DNA of 64,000 bases, taken from an uncultured Hyphomicrobiales bacterium. GTDB lineage: Bacteria; Bacteroidota; Ignavibacteria; Kapaibacteriales; UBA2268. The notes beneath the pieces were generated by a model. The model worked only from the letters and a program-made list of their open reading frames with translations, made no database searches and was not told where the DNA came from. Below, piece after piece: positions 27,603-38,682 of the stretch. The stretch covers positions 57,479-121,478 of the forward strand of contig CAZEMR010000002.1 of the NCBI GenBank assembly GCA_964513465.1, written 5' to 3'. Both the position numbers and the translations under genes were made by a program. Within the stretch, counting starts at the first letter, position 1. The number at the start of each line of letters is the position of its first letter.

Positions 27603-29066
27603 ATGTCGGTAAGAGTCAGATTTGCCCCATCCCCAACGGGTTACCTCCACGTGGGAGGTCTTCGCACAGCACTTTATAATTATTTATTCGCACGCCATCA
27701 CGGCGGCAAATGCATCCTGCGTATCGAGGATACCGACCGCACCCGCTATGTCGAAAACGCAGTCGAGAACCTCGTCAGCTCGCTCAACTGGGCGGGTGTC
27801 GAATTCGACGAAGGCCCGATGCAGGGCGGCGAATACGGCCCGTATGTGCAGTCCGAACGCACAGAAATTTACCGCAAACACGCATTCGAACTTATCGAAA
27901 AACGCGCGGCTTATTATGCGTTCGATACCGCCGAGGAGCTCGACCAAATGCGTCAGGAGCAGAAGGGCGCCCCGGCTATCCGATATGACCGCAATAAGAT
28001 GCGCAACCAGTTCACACTCGGCATCGAGGAGGCCAGCCGCCTGATTGAAAACGGCGAACCCTACGTCGTGCGCATGGTCATCCCCGACGAGCTGATCGAA
28101 TTCGACGATATAATTCGCGGCAAAGTAAAGGTGCACGGCCGCGACATCGACGACCAGATTCTGCTCAAATCCGATGGATTCCCGACATATCATCTGGCAA
28201 ATGTGGTGGACGACCATATGATGGGCATCACCCATGTGATCCGCGGCGAGGAATGGCTGCCGTCGACCCCGAAGCATGTGGCGCTGTATGATTCGTTCGG
28301 CTGGGAACGGCCGCAGTTTGCGCACCTGCCCCTGCTTTTGAATAAAGATAAAACAAAGCTGAGCAAGCGCACCGGCAGCGTTGCCGTCGAGGATTTTGCC
28401 CGGAAATATATACGCGACGCATTTGTGAATTTTGTGGCTCTGCTTGGCTGGAACCCGACCGCCGACCGCGAGATATTCTCAATCGACGAATTGATCGAAT
28501 CGTTCAATCTCGAGAAAGTAAACAAGGGCGGCGCGGTGTTCGACGTGCAGAAGCTGGACTGGATGAACGGCCAGTATCTGCGGCAAATGCCGGCCGATGA
28601 ATTGGCCAAAGAGCTGATGCCGAAGCTGCGCGAGAGCGGATGGGACGTATCCGAAGACTATGCCCGGCGGGTCGTCGAATTGTTTATAGAGCGGATTACA
28701 TTTATTGACGATATAATCGCAAATTGTGCGTATATGTTCGAGGCGCCAACGGATTACGACGAAAAATATATGAAAAAGCACTGGAAGGACGACACGCTCG
28801 AATACGTGCGTCCGCTGGTCGATAAGCTCGGATCGCTGGAGGAATTCACGCATGATTCGACTCACGAGGCCACGAAGGAATACGTCGCAGAAAAGGACAT
28901 CAAGCTGAAGGTGGTGATCCATCCCTTAAGGCTGATGATAACCGGCATGAGCTTTGGCGCAGGAATGTTCGAAACGATGGAACTGCTGGGACGGGATGAA
29001 TGCATCAGCCGTTGCAGAGATTTTATTGAAAAAATCGAAAAAGACGAAATCAAACCGGGGGAATAA
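27603..29066 (+). CDS. gltX: glutamate--tRNA ligase
   Basis: RFAPSPTGYLHVGGLRTALYNYLFARHHGGKCILRIEDTD (HIGH region) and KLSKR (KMSKS). Confidence 0.9.
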   Translation: MSVRVRFAPSPTGYLHVGGLRTALYNYLFARHHGGKCILRIEDTDRTRYVENAVENLVSSLNWAGVEFDEGPMQGGEYGPYVQSERTEIYRKHAFELIEKRAAYYAFDTAEELDQMRQEQKGAPAIRYDRNKMRNQFTLGIEEASRLIENGEPYVVRMVIPDELIEFDDIIRGKVKVHGRDIDDQILLKSDGFPTYHLANVVDDHMMGITHVIRGEEWLPSTPKHVALYDSFGWERPQFAHLPLLLNKDKTKLSKRTGSVAVEDFARKYIRDAFVNFVALLGWNPTADREIFSIDELIESFNLEKVNKGGAVFDVQKLDWMNGQYLRQMPADELAKELMPKLRESGWDVSEDYARRVVELFIERITFIDDIIANCAYMFEAPTDYDEKYMKKHWKDDTLEYVRPLVDKLGSLEEFTHDSTHEATKEYVAEKDIKLKVVIHPLRLMITGMSFGAGMFETMELLGRDECISRCRDFIEKIEKDEIKPGE

Positions 29067-29507
29067 ATGAAAATATATATATATATATTAATTATTGGCG
29101 CACTGCTTGGTGGCTGCGCAAGGCCCCATTGCATCACCGACAGCAACGAACAGCTAACGATTCGGTGGGGCGTTTATTATTCCGAGAGCGGCCGGATGGA
29201 GGGCTACCAGATTAATACCTCCGGCGAAATTCGTCGTATGGACGCACCCTATTCCGAGCCGATCGCCAAAGCCGGCGAAGACGAGCTTTGCCGGGCGATA
29301 GATAAATGCTATAACGCATTCCTCAAATCGCAGGCATTCTACGTTCCGGCCGACACCCAGCGGGTGGTGATGATGGAGAATCCGACCACCGGAGTAAGGT
29401 CTCGTGCGTTCTGGAATCCGGAATTCACTACCGATGGAAACAAATATTTTGTTGATTTATACGATTACTTAATGGATATACTGAACGATAATCAACAATC
29501 GAAATAA
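29067..29507 (+). CDS. small lipoprotein of unknown function
   Basis: Lipobox ALLGGC. Start codon overlaps the gltX stop. Confidence 0.45.
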   Translation: MKIYIYILIIGALLGGCARPHCITDSNEQLTIRWGVYYSESGRMEGYQINTSGEIRRMDAPYSEPIAKAGEDELCRAIDKCYNAFLKSQAFYVPADTQRVVMMENPTTGVRSRAFWNPEFTTDGNKYFVDLYDYLMDILNDNQQSK

Positions 29508-29511
29508 ATAA

Positions 29512-30915
29512 ATGAAAGTTCTCATAGTAGACGATAATATAGATTTCTGCTCGACTATTGCGGATATTGTGCGGTCTTTCGGATTTTCGACCGAAACGAT
29601 GACCGATCCGCACGAAGCCGAGGCTTACATAGAGCGCAACAACAAGACCATCGATCTGATGATGTTCGATATCGAATTCGGCCCCGAAGCGGATATGAAC
29701 GGCATTGATTTGCTGGCCGTGGTGCGCCGCACTCATCCGGAGATTCCGGTGGTGATGATAAGCGGCAAGGGCACAATCGAAACCGCAGTGAAGGCCACAA
29801 AGCTCGGCGCGATTAATTTTATAGAAAAAAGCCTTCTTAATGCGAAAAAGCTCAAAGAGGTGCTCGACAGTGCGATCGAGAAAATCGGCGCGCGATCGGA
29901 AACCGAGGAGATTCGTAAATTCCTCGCCGCCAACGGGATAATCGGTTATAGCAAGCCAATGCTCGAGGTGGGCGATAGTATAATCCGTTTCGGCCGCACA
30001 GATTTGAATGTATTGATCACCGGCGAGACCGGCACCGGCAAAAAGCTGGTCGCCAAGGCGCTGCATATGGCCAGCCGCCGCACGAAATTTCCATTCGTAA
30101 CTGTGGATATTCCCAATATCCCGCGCGAGCTGTTCCAGAGCGAGCTGTTCGGCCACAATAAGGGCTCGTTCTCCGGCGCGACCGATACGAAGAAGGGCCT
30201 CTTTCATCAGGCGAACAAGGGGACTCTGTTTTTGGACGAAATCGGCGACCTCAGCCCCGAGCTGCAGTCCAATTTATTTATACCGATCGAAGAGAAGCTC
30301 GTCCGGCGAGTGGGATCGATCGAGAGCGAGGACGTCGACATCCGCTTTATATCGGCCACGGACAAGGACCTGGTCTATGCGATGAAAGAATCGCGATTCC
30401 GCGAGCAGCTATACCACCGCTTGCGCGAATGCGAGATACATCTGCCTCCGCTGAGCGAACGCCGCGAGGATATCGCCGAGATTGTAAATTATTATGTCAA
30501 AAAGCATAACGAGGAATTCGGCGAGGAGAAATATCTTGCGCCGACGGCTGTTGAATATCTCGAAGAGCAAAGCTGGCCGGGCAATGTGCGCGAGCTGGCA
30601 AGCCTGATTCGCGTGGTGCTCCAGACCGCGCCGTCAGACCAGATTGAAACCAGCGAATTGCACAAAATGATTTCCGGATCGGCATCATCGAAGAAAGAGT
30701 CTCAAACCGGCCCGGCGCTGATCTCGAGCGACCGCACGCTGAAGGAGGACCTTGCCGAAGTCGATAAGAAAAAGATAGAGGCCACGCTCCAGCGATGCCG
30801 GGGCAATGTGAGCAAATCCGCCGCGCAGCTCGGAATCAGCCGCGAGACGCTGCATAATAAAATCAGGAAGTATAAAATCAACGTGCAGATATACCGCAAT
30901 AAGGCCAAAAAATAA
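29512..30915 (+). CDS. sigma-54-dependent response regulator (NtrC family: REC + AAA+ sigma-54 activator + Fis HTH)
   Basis: REC domain (LIVDDN...MFDIEFG). GETGTGKKLVAKALH Walker A. The GAFTGA-like segment appears as GHNKGSFSGA. C-terminal HTH (SKSAAQLGISRETLHNKIRKY). Confidence 0.85.
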   Translation: MKVLIVDDNIDFCSTIADIVRSFGFSTETMTDPHEAEAYIERNNKTIDLMMFDIEFGPEADMNGIDLLAVVRRTHPEIPVVMISGKGTIETAVKATKLGAINFIEKSLLNAKKLKEVLDSAIEKIGARSETEEIRKFLAANGIIGYSKPMLEVGDSIIRFGRTDLNVLITGETGTGKKLVAKALHMASRRTKFPFVTVDIPNIPRELFQSELFGHNKGSFSGATDTKKGLFHQANKGTLFLDEIGDLSPELQSNLFIPIEEKLVRRVGSIESEDVDIRFISATDKDLVYAMKESRFREQLYHRLRECEIHLPPLSERREDIAEIVNYYVKKHNEEFGEEKYLAPTAVEYLEEQSWPGNVRELASLIRVVLQTAPSDQIETSELHKMISGSASSKKESQTGPALISSDRTLKEDLAEVDKKKIEATLQRCRGNVSKSAAQLGISRETLHNKIRKYKINVQIYRNKAKK

Positions 30916-31605
30916 TCAGACCCCGGCCATTCGGAATCCCTCGCGGGCGCGCGTAATAAATTCGCTGACAAGCTCCGGGGTTTTGATGCCGGTGGCGTCC
31001 TCGACTCCGGTGTGGGCGTCCACTCCGGCGGGGTGTACTGTGGCGATCGCTTCTCTGACATTCTTCGAATTCAGCCCCCCGGCGAGTATGACGGGCTTGG
31101 GGGCGAGTTCGACCAGCTTTTTGCTTACCTCCCAGTCGTGTGTTTTGCCTGTGGCGCCTCGCGCTCCGGTTTCGGGATCGTAAGTATCGGTAATAAATGC
31201 ATCGGCATATGGGCCGAATTGTTTGGCGATTATCGCAAGGTCTTCGAAATTATCGTTTTCTACCACCAGGCTTTTGATGATTGCCAATTCGGGCCTGCGC
31301 TCGCGAAGGCGGATGACTTCGAGCAACGGCAGCTCTCCGTGAAGCTGGACTGCGCCGGCGCCGATATATTCAGCCAGCTCTGCGATTTCGTTGTGTTCGG
31401 ATAAATAAGTGATCAATACCGGTTTAATCCGCTGGCAGAGCGCTGCGCAAAATATCCGTACGTCGCTTGCCGGAAGGTCTTCCTCGTGGAAATGCAGCGC
31501 CAGCGGGAATCCGATATATTCCACGCCGAGCGATGCCATCATTTCGGCTTCGGCGAATGTGCGCATGCCTGCTATTTGTATGTATGGTAAATTTAGTCTG
31601 CTCAT
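30916..31605 (-). CDS. trpF: N-(5'-phosphoribosyl)anthranilate isomerase
   Basis: IQIAGMRT N-terminus and C-terminal ILAGGLNSKNVREAIATVHPAGVDAHTGVE match the PRAI family pattern. Confidence 0.7.
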   Translation of the reverse strand: MSRLNLPYIQIAGMRTFAEAEMMASLGVEYIGFPLALHFHEEDLPASDVRIFCAALCQRIKPVLITYLSEHNEIAELAEYIGAGAVQLHGELPLLEVIRLRERRPELAIIKSLVVENDNFEDLAIIAKQFGPYADAFITDTYDPETGARGATGKTHDWEVSKKLVELAPKPVILAGGLNSKNVREAIATVHPAGVDAHTGVEDATGIKTPELVSEFITRAREGFRMAGV

Positions 31606-32066
31606 AGTTTTGCCTCGTTTTCAAAGAATCTTTCAGCTTCGCGCAGCAGCGGATCGATGGTGAATTCCTGAATCCGGTGCGGCGGCGACCAGTCCAGCCA
31701 TAGGAAATTTTCGTGTTCGGTGGGGGTTACCTTCTGAGGTTGGCGCAAATATGCGATAAATACGGAGAGCTTTTTCTCGACTGTCTCGTAGTTGAATTTT
31801 TTGTATTTGGGAAAATAAGTATAATCGAACCGAAAGGCCGGCTCGATATCGATTGCGTTGGCAGGGATTCCGGTTTCTTCGGTGAATTCACGTACTGCGC
31901 AATCGAGGGCTGATTCCCCGGGTTCGGTATGACCTTTGGGCAGATCATATCTGTGGGGATGCACCATCAATAGGAAGCGTTCTTTTCCGATTGATGAAAA
32001 TAATAAAATTCCGCCGGCCTTCACTTTGCGCATAATAATTCCGGGCTGTTGTTCGATTCGTCTCAA
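31602..32066 (-). CDS. NUDIX hydrolase
   Basis: Nudix box GHTEPGESALDCAVREFTEETGI. Confidence 0.8.
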   Translation of the reverse strand: MRRIEQQPGIIMRKVKAGGILLFSSIGKERFLLMVHPHRYDLPKGHTEPGESALDCAVREFTEETGIPANAIDIEPAFRFDYTYFPKYKKFNYETVEKKLSVFIAYLRQPQKVTPTEHENFLWLDWSPPHRIQEFTIDPLLREAERFFENEAKL

Positions 32067-32075
32067 ATTGCGAAT

Positions 32076-33275
32076 TTACGAATTTCTGACGGCATTTACG
32101 AATTCGAACATCTTTGATTCGATTTTCATGTTATTTAAATATACGAAATCCAGATTCGGGGTCATCCGCACGATTGCGTTGGCCAGATGAACCGAGCTAA
32201 GCACGTTGAATCCGGCGGCGCGGGCACGTGAGGGCCGGTGGTGGTAGGCCACCGCTTCGGTGATATTGTCCGATAGCCCCCAGATGGAGAGCAAATAAGC
32301 TCCGACCTCTGCGTGGGTGGTTTTGTAGATTTCGTATTCGGCTTCGAAATATGTCATATTATTTTCTTTGATCAGTCGCAGCACCGCCGGGTAATAGTCC
32401 GGATTGGTCAGCAATACCAGCTTGCCGACGTCGTGCAGAATGCCTGCAACATATGCCTCTTCGGTCTGGCGGCGTGGCAGTTTATTGCCGCGTGCGATGG
32501 CGCGGGCTGCTTTGCCGACTCGGATGCTATGCTGCCAGAGTTCCTCGAGCGGGAAATTTTTGTCGATCGAAATTCCGAATGTGGTGAAGACTTTAATATA
32601 TAATGTCAGATGGCGAAGTATATTAATCCCGAGGAAATTTACCGCCTGGACTATGTCGTTGATTCTGACTGGCATTCCGAATATTGGGGAATTGACCAGT
32701 TGCAACAGCTTGGCTGTCATGGTCATATCGCCGGAAATCATTTCGGCAATTTCGGTGAGCGTAATGTCGGGATCGTTCAGTGCTTCTTCGAGCCGGAGAT
32801 AAACATCGGGCAGGGACGGCAGGGCGCCTATGCCGGCCACAAGCTGCTCGAGATTCTCGCTGGCCAGATGCTTTCTTAGGCGGAATGTGCGTTCCATTCG
32901 CAGCCGGAAGTCCTCCAGCGCGATTGGCTTGGCGATGAATTGGTGGGCTACCTGGCTGGAGCGGAGCAGGGCTTCCTGGTTGGATTCGGGCGCCGTCATT
33001 ATAAAACGGACGGTAGAGGGATAGCCCTCTTTGGCCATGGCGAGCAGGCGGGGGCCGTCGATATCGGGCATGCCTGCCTCGGTTACGATTACATCGACTT
33101 TTTCGTCGGCCAGTATGCGGATCGCCTTGTCGGTGTTATCCGCAAAATACATCTCCCATTCGTCCTCCATAGGAGCAAGCTCCCGGCGTATCTGGCTCAG
33201 GCTGTCCGTATCCTTATCCACAAATAATATATACTTTTTCATCGTTCGATTCCGTTTACCATAATGGATATTCAA
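32076..33275 (-). CDS. response regulator with C-terminal HDOD domain
   Basis: REC domain (ILFVDKDTD...VIVTEAGMPDIDG) followed by HDOD-like (LPSLPDVYLRLEEAL...KLLQLVNSPIFG...GILHDVGKLVL). Confidence 0.75.
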   Translation of the reverse strand: MNIHYGKRNRTMKKYILFVDKDTDSLSQIRRELAPMEDEWEMYFADNTDKAIRILADEKVDVIVTEAGMPDIDGPRLLAMAKEGYPSTVRFIMTAPESNQEALLRSSQVAHQFIAKPIALEDFRLRMERTFRLRKHLASENLEQLVAGIGALPSLPDVYLRLEEALNDPDITLTEIAEMISGDMTMTAKLLQLVNSPIFGMPVRINDIVQAVNFLGINILRHLTLYIKVFTTFGISIDKNFPLEELWQHSIRVGKAARAIARGNKLPRRQTEEAYVAGILHDVGKLVLLTNPDYYPAVLRLIKENNMTYFEAEYEIYKTTHAEVGAYLLSIWGLSDNITEAVAYHHRPSRARAAGFNVLSSVHLANAIVRMTPNLDFVYLNNMKIESKMFEFVNAVRNS

Positions 33276-33328
33276 TTACCTCAAATATAGGTAAATGAAA
33301 AAAACATTACAAGATAATTAGAAAAAAA

Positions 33329-35119
33329 TTATTTTGAATTATTTTTAAGTACCCGGAATTCCACCCTTCGGTTGGATGCGCGTCCGGTTTCGTTTTCGTT
33401 CGAGGCCATCGGCTGCGACGATCCGTATCCTTTGGTGGTTATCCGGCTGCGGTCTATGCCGCGGTCGGTCAGGTAATTCGATACTGCTTTTGCGCGCCGC
33501 TGGCTGAGCGCGTTGTTATACACATCGGTACCGACGTCGTCGGTGTGGCCGGCTATTTCGATCTTCAATTGCGGATGCTTTTCGAGCATTGCAAGCAGCC
33601 GCTCCAGTTCGGGGATGGATTCCGGCAGCAGCCGGCTCTTGTCGAATTCGAAGAATACATTGTTGATGCGGACGGCTTCTTTTTCGAGATTGTCGATTTT
33701 GAATAATGTGATATTTTCGGTTACCACGCGGTGGCTGTCGGCCTGCTGGAGGTCGATATTTTTGGATATCGGATAATATCCTTCCTTCTCGGCGTAATAG
33801 CCGTATTTGCGCCCGACGGGCAGCACTATGACGTAGTGGCCGTTTTGGGGGTCGCTCTTCAGCCGGCCAACGCGTTCGCCGGTAGCGAGATCCTCCCAGA
33901 CAATATCCGCCGCCAGCCAGTCGCTGTCGCAGTCGCGTACTGTGCCCTGGATTGTGACGACCGTATTCGGGCGGGCGAATTCAGGCAGCTCGATAGTATA
34001 AATATCGGTGCCGCCGTAGTTGACTTTTCGGTCGGTGGCGGCAAAGTAAGCCAGGCTGCCCTCGGTCGATACCACTGCCCCCCAGTCGGTGCCGCTTCCG
34101 TTGATTTCCTTGCCCAGATTGACCGGTTCGCTCCACTCAGTCCATGAGTCCTCGCGGAGCCTCCTGCTGACGAACAGATCGAGCCGTCCAAGACCATAGT
34201 GGCCGTCTGATGCGAAGTACAGCGTCCGTCCGTCCGGATGCAGAAATGGTTTGCGTTCGGCATAGGGGGTGTTGATAGTTGGCCCCAGATTGATCGGTTC
34301 CGACCAACCCGTATCAGTACGGAAGGATATATAAATATCGCTATTGCCGTATCGGGTGCCGTGAAAGGGCTCGTGTATGAGGTGGGTTTCGCCTACTCCG
34401 CCGGGGCGTTCGGATACGAAGATAAGGGTTTTGCCATCGGCGGTAATCTTGGCGTCGCAGTCGAAATATTCAGAGTTAATCGGTCGTGGGTAGAGCTTTG
34501 GATAAGTCCATCCGCTGTCGGTTTTTTCGGAATAATACAGGTCGCCGCGGCCGATTTGTTCGGGATAATTGCCGAAAAGTATCAGCAGGTTGCCATCGGT
34601 CGAGATGCACTGCGGGGCCTCGTTGTGCATAGTGTTAAGCGAGGCTTCGAGTTTGCGTGCATTCGTCCATTCGTCGGCAATTCTTTCGCAGACGAAGACA
34701 TCTTCGGAGCGGTTCATAAAGTCTCGTTCGATACCGGTGAAATACATCAAAGTGCCATCGGCGGTAGGCATGGGGGTATGCTCGTAACCGGCGGTGTTCA
34801 CATTCGGGCCGAGATTTTTTTCGGCCAGGCCGCGGGGAATAGCGTTAATCAGGCCGAGGATTTTATCGAATCTTTTTTCCATGCCAGGGAAATCCGGTTT
34901 GTAGAGCATAAAGATATCGCCGGCTGCCTCCCAGTTGCCCTGGCGGATATGCGGCTCGGCGAGCCTTTGCACTGCAACGAAGGCATTTTCCGAAGGGGCG
35001 CTGTCTTTGATAAAATTATAAAATTTTTTAAAATTGAAATCATTAACCGAACCCGACAGGAATTCCTGCCCGTGGAGCATGGCGGGTAGCAGCAGGAATA
35101 TTATGATGATTTTGATCAT
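33329..35119 (-). CDS. OmpA-family protein with TolB-like (PD40) beta-propeller repeats
   Basis: Signal peptide. Repeated PD40-like units. C-terminal OmpA domain (FEFDKSRLLPES...AGHTDDVGTDVYNNALSQRRAKAV...NRRVEF). Confidence 0.8.
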   Translation of the reverse strand: MIKIIIIFLLLPAMLHGQEFLSGSVNDFNFKKFYNFIKDSAPSENAFVAVQRLAEPHIRQGNWEAAGDIFMLYKPDFPGMEKRFDKILGLINAIPRGLAEKNLGPNVNTAGYEHTPMPTADGTLMYFTGIERDFMNRSEDVFVCERIADEWTNARKLEASLNTMHNEAPQCISTDGNLLILFGNYPEQIGRGDLYYSEKTDSGWTYPKLYPRPINSEYFDCDAKITADGKTLIFVSERPGGVGETHLIHEPFHGTRYGNSDIYISFRTDTGWSEPINLGPTINTPYAERKPFLHPDGRTLYFASDGHYGLGRLDLFVSRRLREDSWTEWSEPVNLGKEINGSGTDWGAVVSTEGSLAYFAATDRKVNYGGTDIYTIELPEFARPNTVVTIQGTVRDCDSDWLAADIVWEDLATGERVGRLKSDPQNGHYVIVLPVGRKYGYYAEKEGYYPISKNIDLQQADSHRVVTENITLFKIDNLEKEAVRINNVFFEFDKSRLLPESIPELERLLAMLEKHPQLKIEIAGHTDDVGTDVYNNALSQRRAKAVSNYLTDRGIDRSRITTKGYGSSQPMASNENETGRASNRRVEFRVLKNNSK

Positions 35120-35137
35120 TAAATTAATATATTAATA

Positions 35138-35506
35138 TCAAAGAGTTTTGAGTACTGCGTCGATTTTCTGTTTCAGGCCATCGGGAGTAAATGGCTTTAC
35201 GACGTAATTATTTATTTTTGCCTTGACCGCCGCCACCACGTCGAATTTTGTGCCGCGAGTGGTGACCATAATAATCGGCAGATGCTGATAGTCCGGAATG
35301 CTCCGTATGCGTTTGACCAGCTCGAGGCCGTCCATTTTTGGCATATTCCAGTCGGTGATAACAAACTCGATGGGATTGCGGGCAAGCTGCTCGAGCGCTT
35401 CCTCGCCGTCGCCGGCTTCGGTGATACGTTCGTGGCCCAGTGCGCGCAGGCTGTTGCCGATAAATCTGCGCACAGTTGGGGAATCGTCAACAACTAGAAA
35501 ATGCAT
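35138..35506 (-). CDS. cheY: single-domain response regulator (CheY-like)
   Basis: VVDDS, DWNMP and VKPF motifs. 122 aa. Confidence 0.8.
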   Translation of the reverse strand: MHFLVVDDSPTVRRFIGNSLRALGHERITEAGDGEEALEQLARNPIEFVITDWNMPKMDGLELVKRIRSIPDYQHLPIIMVTTRGTKFDVVAAVKAKINNYVVKPFTPDGLKQKIDAVLKTL

Positions 35507-35704
35507 TGCGTTTATTTACCTGAATTATATTCACAAGATATTTTCCAATATATATAATATAAGAAATTCCTGAAATTTTGTAGTAAATTAATTATGTAGT
35601 TTACGTTTTTTTCGGGTTTTGATTATATTATAAAGATAGAATTGTCTTCGAAGCGTATTTTTCTTAATTTAAATAAATTTTCATGTAAAAACTCCGGACA
35701 GCCA

Positions 35705-36442
35705 ATGAGAAAATTACTTGTGCTTTTGTTCGCCACGATTCTTTCCGCTAATATCGCCAGCGCTCAGTTTACCCGCGCGGTGGTCTCGCTCACCGGCGAG
35801 GTGATCGACCAGTCTACCCGCAATGCCGCCAAAGTCACCCTTGTGGTGCACGATGCCGAGGGCAAAAAAGTCCGCAAGGTGAAATCTAACGAATCCACCG
35901 GTTATTATTTTATCACCGGGCTTGCTCCGGGCTCGAGCTATACTATCGAATTGCTCTCGGAGGATTATCTGAACGAGAAATATCTGGTGAATATTCCCAA
36001 TACCGACCGCTACGCGGAATTTTCGCGCGATTTTCTGGCAAAGCCCCGAGTCGAAGGCGCAAAAATTAAAATACCGGTGCCGCCGTTCGAGCTGCGCAAG
36101 GCCAGGCTGCGCTTCGGGTCGGAATATTTTCTTGGGGACTATATGAATGTGATGATTGCCAATCCGGATGTAAAATTCTCGATAAGCTGCTATCCCGATT
36201 CGGAGGGCGATCCGGAGATCAACCTGGAGCTGACCGAGATGCGCTGCCGTTCGCTGGAGGAATATTTCGCTTCGGGCGGAGTCGATCCGGCTCGGATTTC
36301 GATTGATCCGCATAAGCAGCCCGATCCGGCGAATCCGCCGCCAACCGACAAGCGCGCCAAGGGCAAGCGTTATATCGGGCCGACATATCTGGTGATCGAA
36401 GAAATCGCCGACGACGGCCGGGGAATGCCCTCGAAAGACTAA
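35705..36442 (+). CDS. OmpA-like domain protein with N-terminal carboxypeptidase-regulatory-like beta-sandwich
   Basis: The internal start MRKLLVLLFATILSANIASAQ gives a signal peptide. The C-terminal portion resembles an OmpA peptidoglycan-binding domain. The gene lies 21 nt upstream of MCP 1. Confidence 0.5.
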   Translation: MRKLLVLLFATILSANIASAQFTRAVVSLTGEVIDQSTRNAAKVTLVVHDAEGKKVRKVKSNESTGYYFITGLAPGSSYTIELLSEDYLNEKYLVNIPNTDRYAEFSRDFLAKPRVEGAKIKIPVPPFELRKARLRFGSEYFLGDYMNVMIANPDVKFSISCYPDSEGDPEINLELTEMRCRSLEEYFASGGVDPARISIDPHKQPDPANPPPTDKRAKGKRYIGPTYLVIEEIADDGRGMPSKD

Positions 36443-36463
36443 TTTTGTAAATATATATTCGGA

Positions 36464-38665
36464 GTGCATAAATTGCGGCTGAACCTGAAATGGAAGATCA
36501 TGATACTGGCGGCGCTGGCAGTGCTGTTGCCGATGGCTGTTATCCTGGTCATTACCGGCGAATTCGAAAAAAACATCGAATCCACCGCCACCAGCGAACT
36601 CAATACGCTCGCACGGCTGAACGTAGCCCAGATCGCGCGGGACGTCCACGGCCTCTGCGGCACATCGAACGACCTTTTGCAGCAGCGGCTCGACCACGGG
36701 CTCGACGTCAGCATCAGCCAGGTCCGGGCGATTGGCAGGCCGCGGCTCCACCCGGCGAATACGCTGATCTGGAATTGCGTGAATCAATATACTCATAATG
36801 CAGACACTCTGCGCCTGCCGCAGATGTTTATTAACGGCAAGCCGGTCGATAAAGTTGGCGGCTTCGATCGGTCCGCTCTGGTGGTCGATCGCGTTACCGA
36901 GCTTACCGGCGCCACCTGCACAATTTTCCAGCGGATGAACGAGCGCGGCGATATGCTCCGCATTGCCACCACGGTAAAAAACGCCAAAGGTAATCGCGCA
37001 ATCGGCACCTATATACCGGCGGTCAATCCCGACGGGCGCCCCAATCCGGTGGTCTCGGCGCTGCTCGAGGGCAAAACATTCCGCGGCGCTGCATATGTTG
37101 TGAACAATCGCTATTTGACGGCATACCGGCCGCTGCTCGACGAAAAGGGCAGCATAATCGGCGCGATTTATGTCGGACTTCCGCTCGAATCGGTCGAATC
37201 GCTCCGCAAAACTATATTGAACACAAAGGTCGGCAAGACCGGCTATGTTTACGTCCTTGGCGCCAGCAACGAGCATCCGGGGCATTATATTATCAGCAAG
37301 GACGGTCTGCGCGACGGTGAGGATATCTACGACGCAACCGACGCCGACGGCAATTATTTTATCCGCGAATTAATCACTGAAACTCAGAAAGCTTCCGCCG
37401 GAGAGGTGATTTTCCATACATATAAATGGAAAAATCCCGGTGAGGATACAGCGCGCGAGAAACTTGTGGCGGCTGTTTATTTCGCACCCTGGGACTGGGT
37501 GATTGGCGCTGGAGTATATAAGGAAGACTATCTGGAGACCTCTGCCCACCTTAGCGACGCTATCGACGATATGCGCTCCGGCCAGATTTATATATATATA
37601 ATTATCGCAATAATTGCCTTAATCGTTGCTTTCGTGGTGGCGCGGCGCATGGCCGGGCCGCTGGAATATGTTGCCGGGCTGGCGCGCGGGATTGCCGATG
37701 GGGATATCGCCGCAGCCGGCGAATCGCTCGAAAATTCGAAATACTCCCGCAGAAACACTCGCGACGAAACCGGCGAATTGATTGAATCTTTCAAAAAAAT
37801 GACGGCTAATCTCAGCTCGCTGCTCAAAGAGGTGCGGCACTCGGGCATTCAGGTGACCACATCGGCCACCGAGATTTCCGCATCGGCGCGCCAGCTCGAA
37901 GCGGCAGTCGCCCAGCAGGCGTCATCGACCCGCCAGGTAAATTCCGCCGGACAGAATATCAGCCGCAAATCCGACGAGTTAGTGGGGGCGGTTCACGAAG
38001 TAGCCGGCGAAGTCGACGAATCGGCTGCGCTCGCCGAATCGGGCGGTGCCAGCCTTTCGGAGATGAAGGAGGCAATCGACCATCTGAGCAGCGCCACGGC
38101 GTCGATTACTTCGAAGCTCTCGGTGGTCAGCGAAAAAGCGAATAAGATTTCAGCGGTAGTAACTACGATTAATAAAATCAGCGACCGCACGAATCTGCTG
38201 TCGCTCAATGCTGCGATCGAGGCCGAAAAAGCCGGCGAATACGGCCGCGGATTCTCGGTGGTGGCGCGCGAAATAAGCCGTCTGGCCGACCAGACCGCCA
38301 TCGCCACTCGCGACATCGAGCAGATGGTGCGCGATATGCAGCGGTCGGTATCCTCGGGCGTGATGGAGATGGACAAATTCGGCGAAGAGGTGCGCCAGGG
38401 CGTTGGCAAGGTCAGCACAATCGGCTCTCAGCTTAATATGATAACCGAGCGGGTGCGATCGATAGGCCCGCGATTCGACGAGCTCGAATCGGGTATGGAG
38501 ACTCAGGCCGAGGGCGCCGGGCAGATAAGCGAGGCAATGAGCCAGCTTGCCGAATCGACCGGCCAGACACGCGAATCGCTTGCCGAATTCAAGAAAGTGA
38601 CGCAGCAGCTCAACGAGGCCGTAGAAATTTTGCGCAATGAAGTATCAAAATTCAAAATAAATTAA
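36464..38665 (+). CDS. methyl-accepting chemotaxis protein (Cache-type periplasmic sensor, HAMP, MA domain)
   Basis: Two TM helices flank a ~330-aa periplasmic domain. The highly conserved signalling hairpin is [37 protein letters not shown]. Confidence 0.85.
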   Translation: MHKLRLNLKWKIMILAALAVLLPMAVILVITGEFEKNIESTATSELNTLARLNVAQIARDVHGLCGTSNDLLQQRLDHGLDVSISQVRAIGRPRLHPANTLIWNCVNQYTHNADTLRLPQMFINGKPVDKVGGFDRSALVVDRVTELTGATCTIFQRMNERGDMLRIATTVKNAKGNRAIGTYIPAVNPDGRPNPVVSALLEGKTFRGAAYVVNNRYLTAYRPLLDEKGSIIGAIYVGLPLESVESLRKTILNTKVGKTGYVYVLGASNEHPGHYIISKDGLRDGEDIYDATDADGNYFIRELITETQKASAGEVIFHTYKWKNPGEDTAREKLVAAVYFAPWDWVIGAGVYKEDYLETSAHLSDAIDDMRSGQIYIYIIIAIIALIVAFVVARRMAGPLEYVAGLARGIADGDIAAAGESLENSKYSRRNTRDETGELIESFKKMTANLSSLLKEVRHSGIQVTTSATEISASARQLEAAVAQQASSTRQVNSAGQNISRKSDELVGAVHEVAGEVDESAALAESGGASLSEMKEAIDHLSSATASITSKLSVVSEKANKISAVVTTINKISDRTNLLSLNAAIEAEKAGEYGRGFSVVAREISRLADQTAIATRDIEQMVRDMQRSVSSGVMEMDKFGEEVRQGVGKVSTIGSQLNMITERVRSIGPRFDELESGMETQAEGAGQISEAMSQLAESTGQTRESLAEFKKVTQQLNEAVEILRNEVSKFKIN

Positions 38666-38682
38666 CCGGACCGGACATAGAT

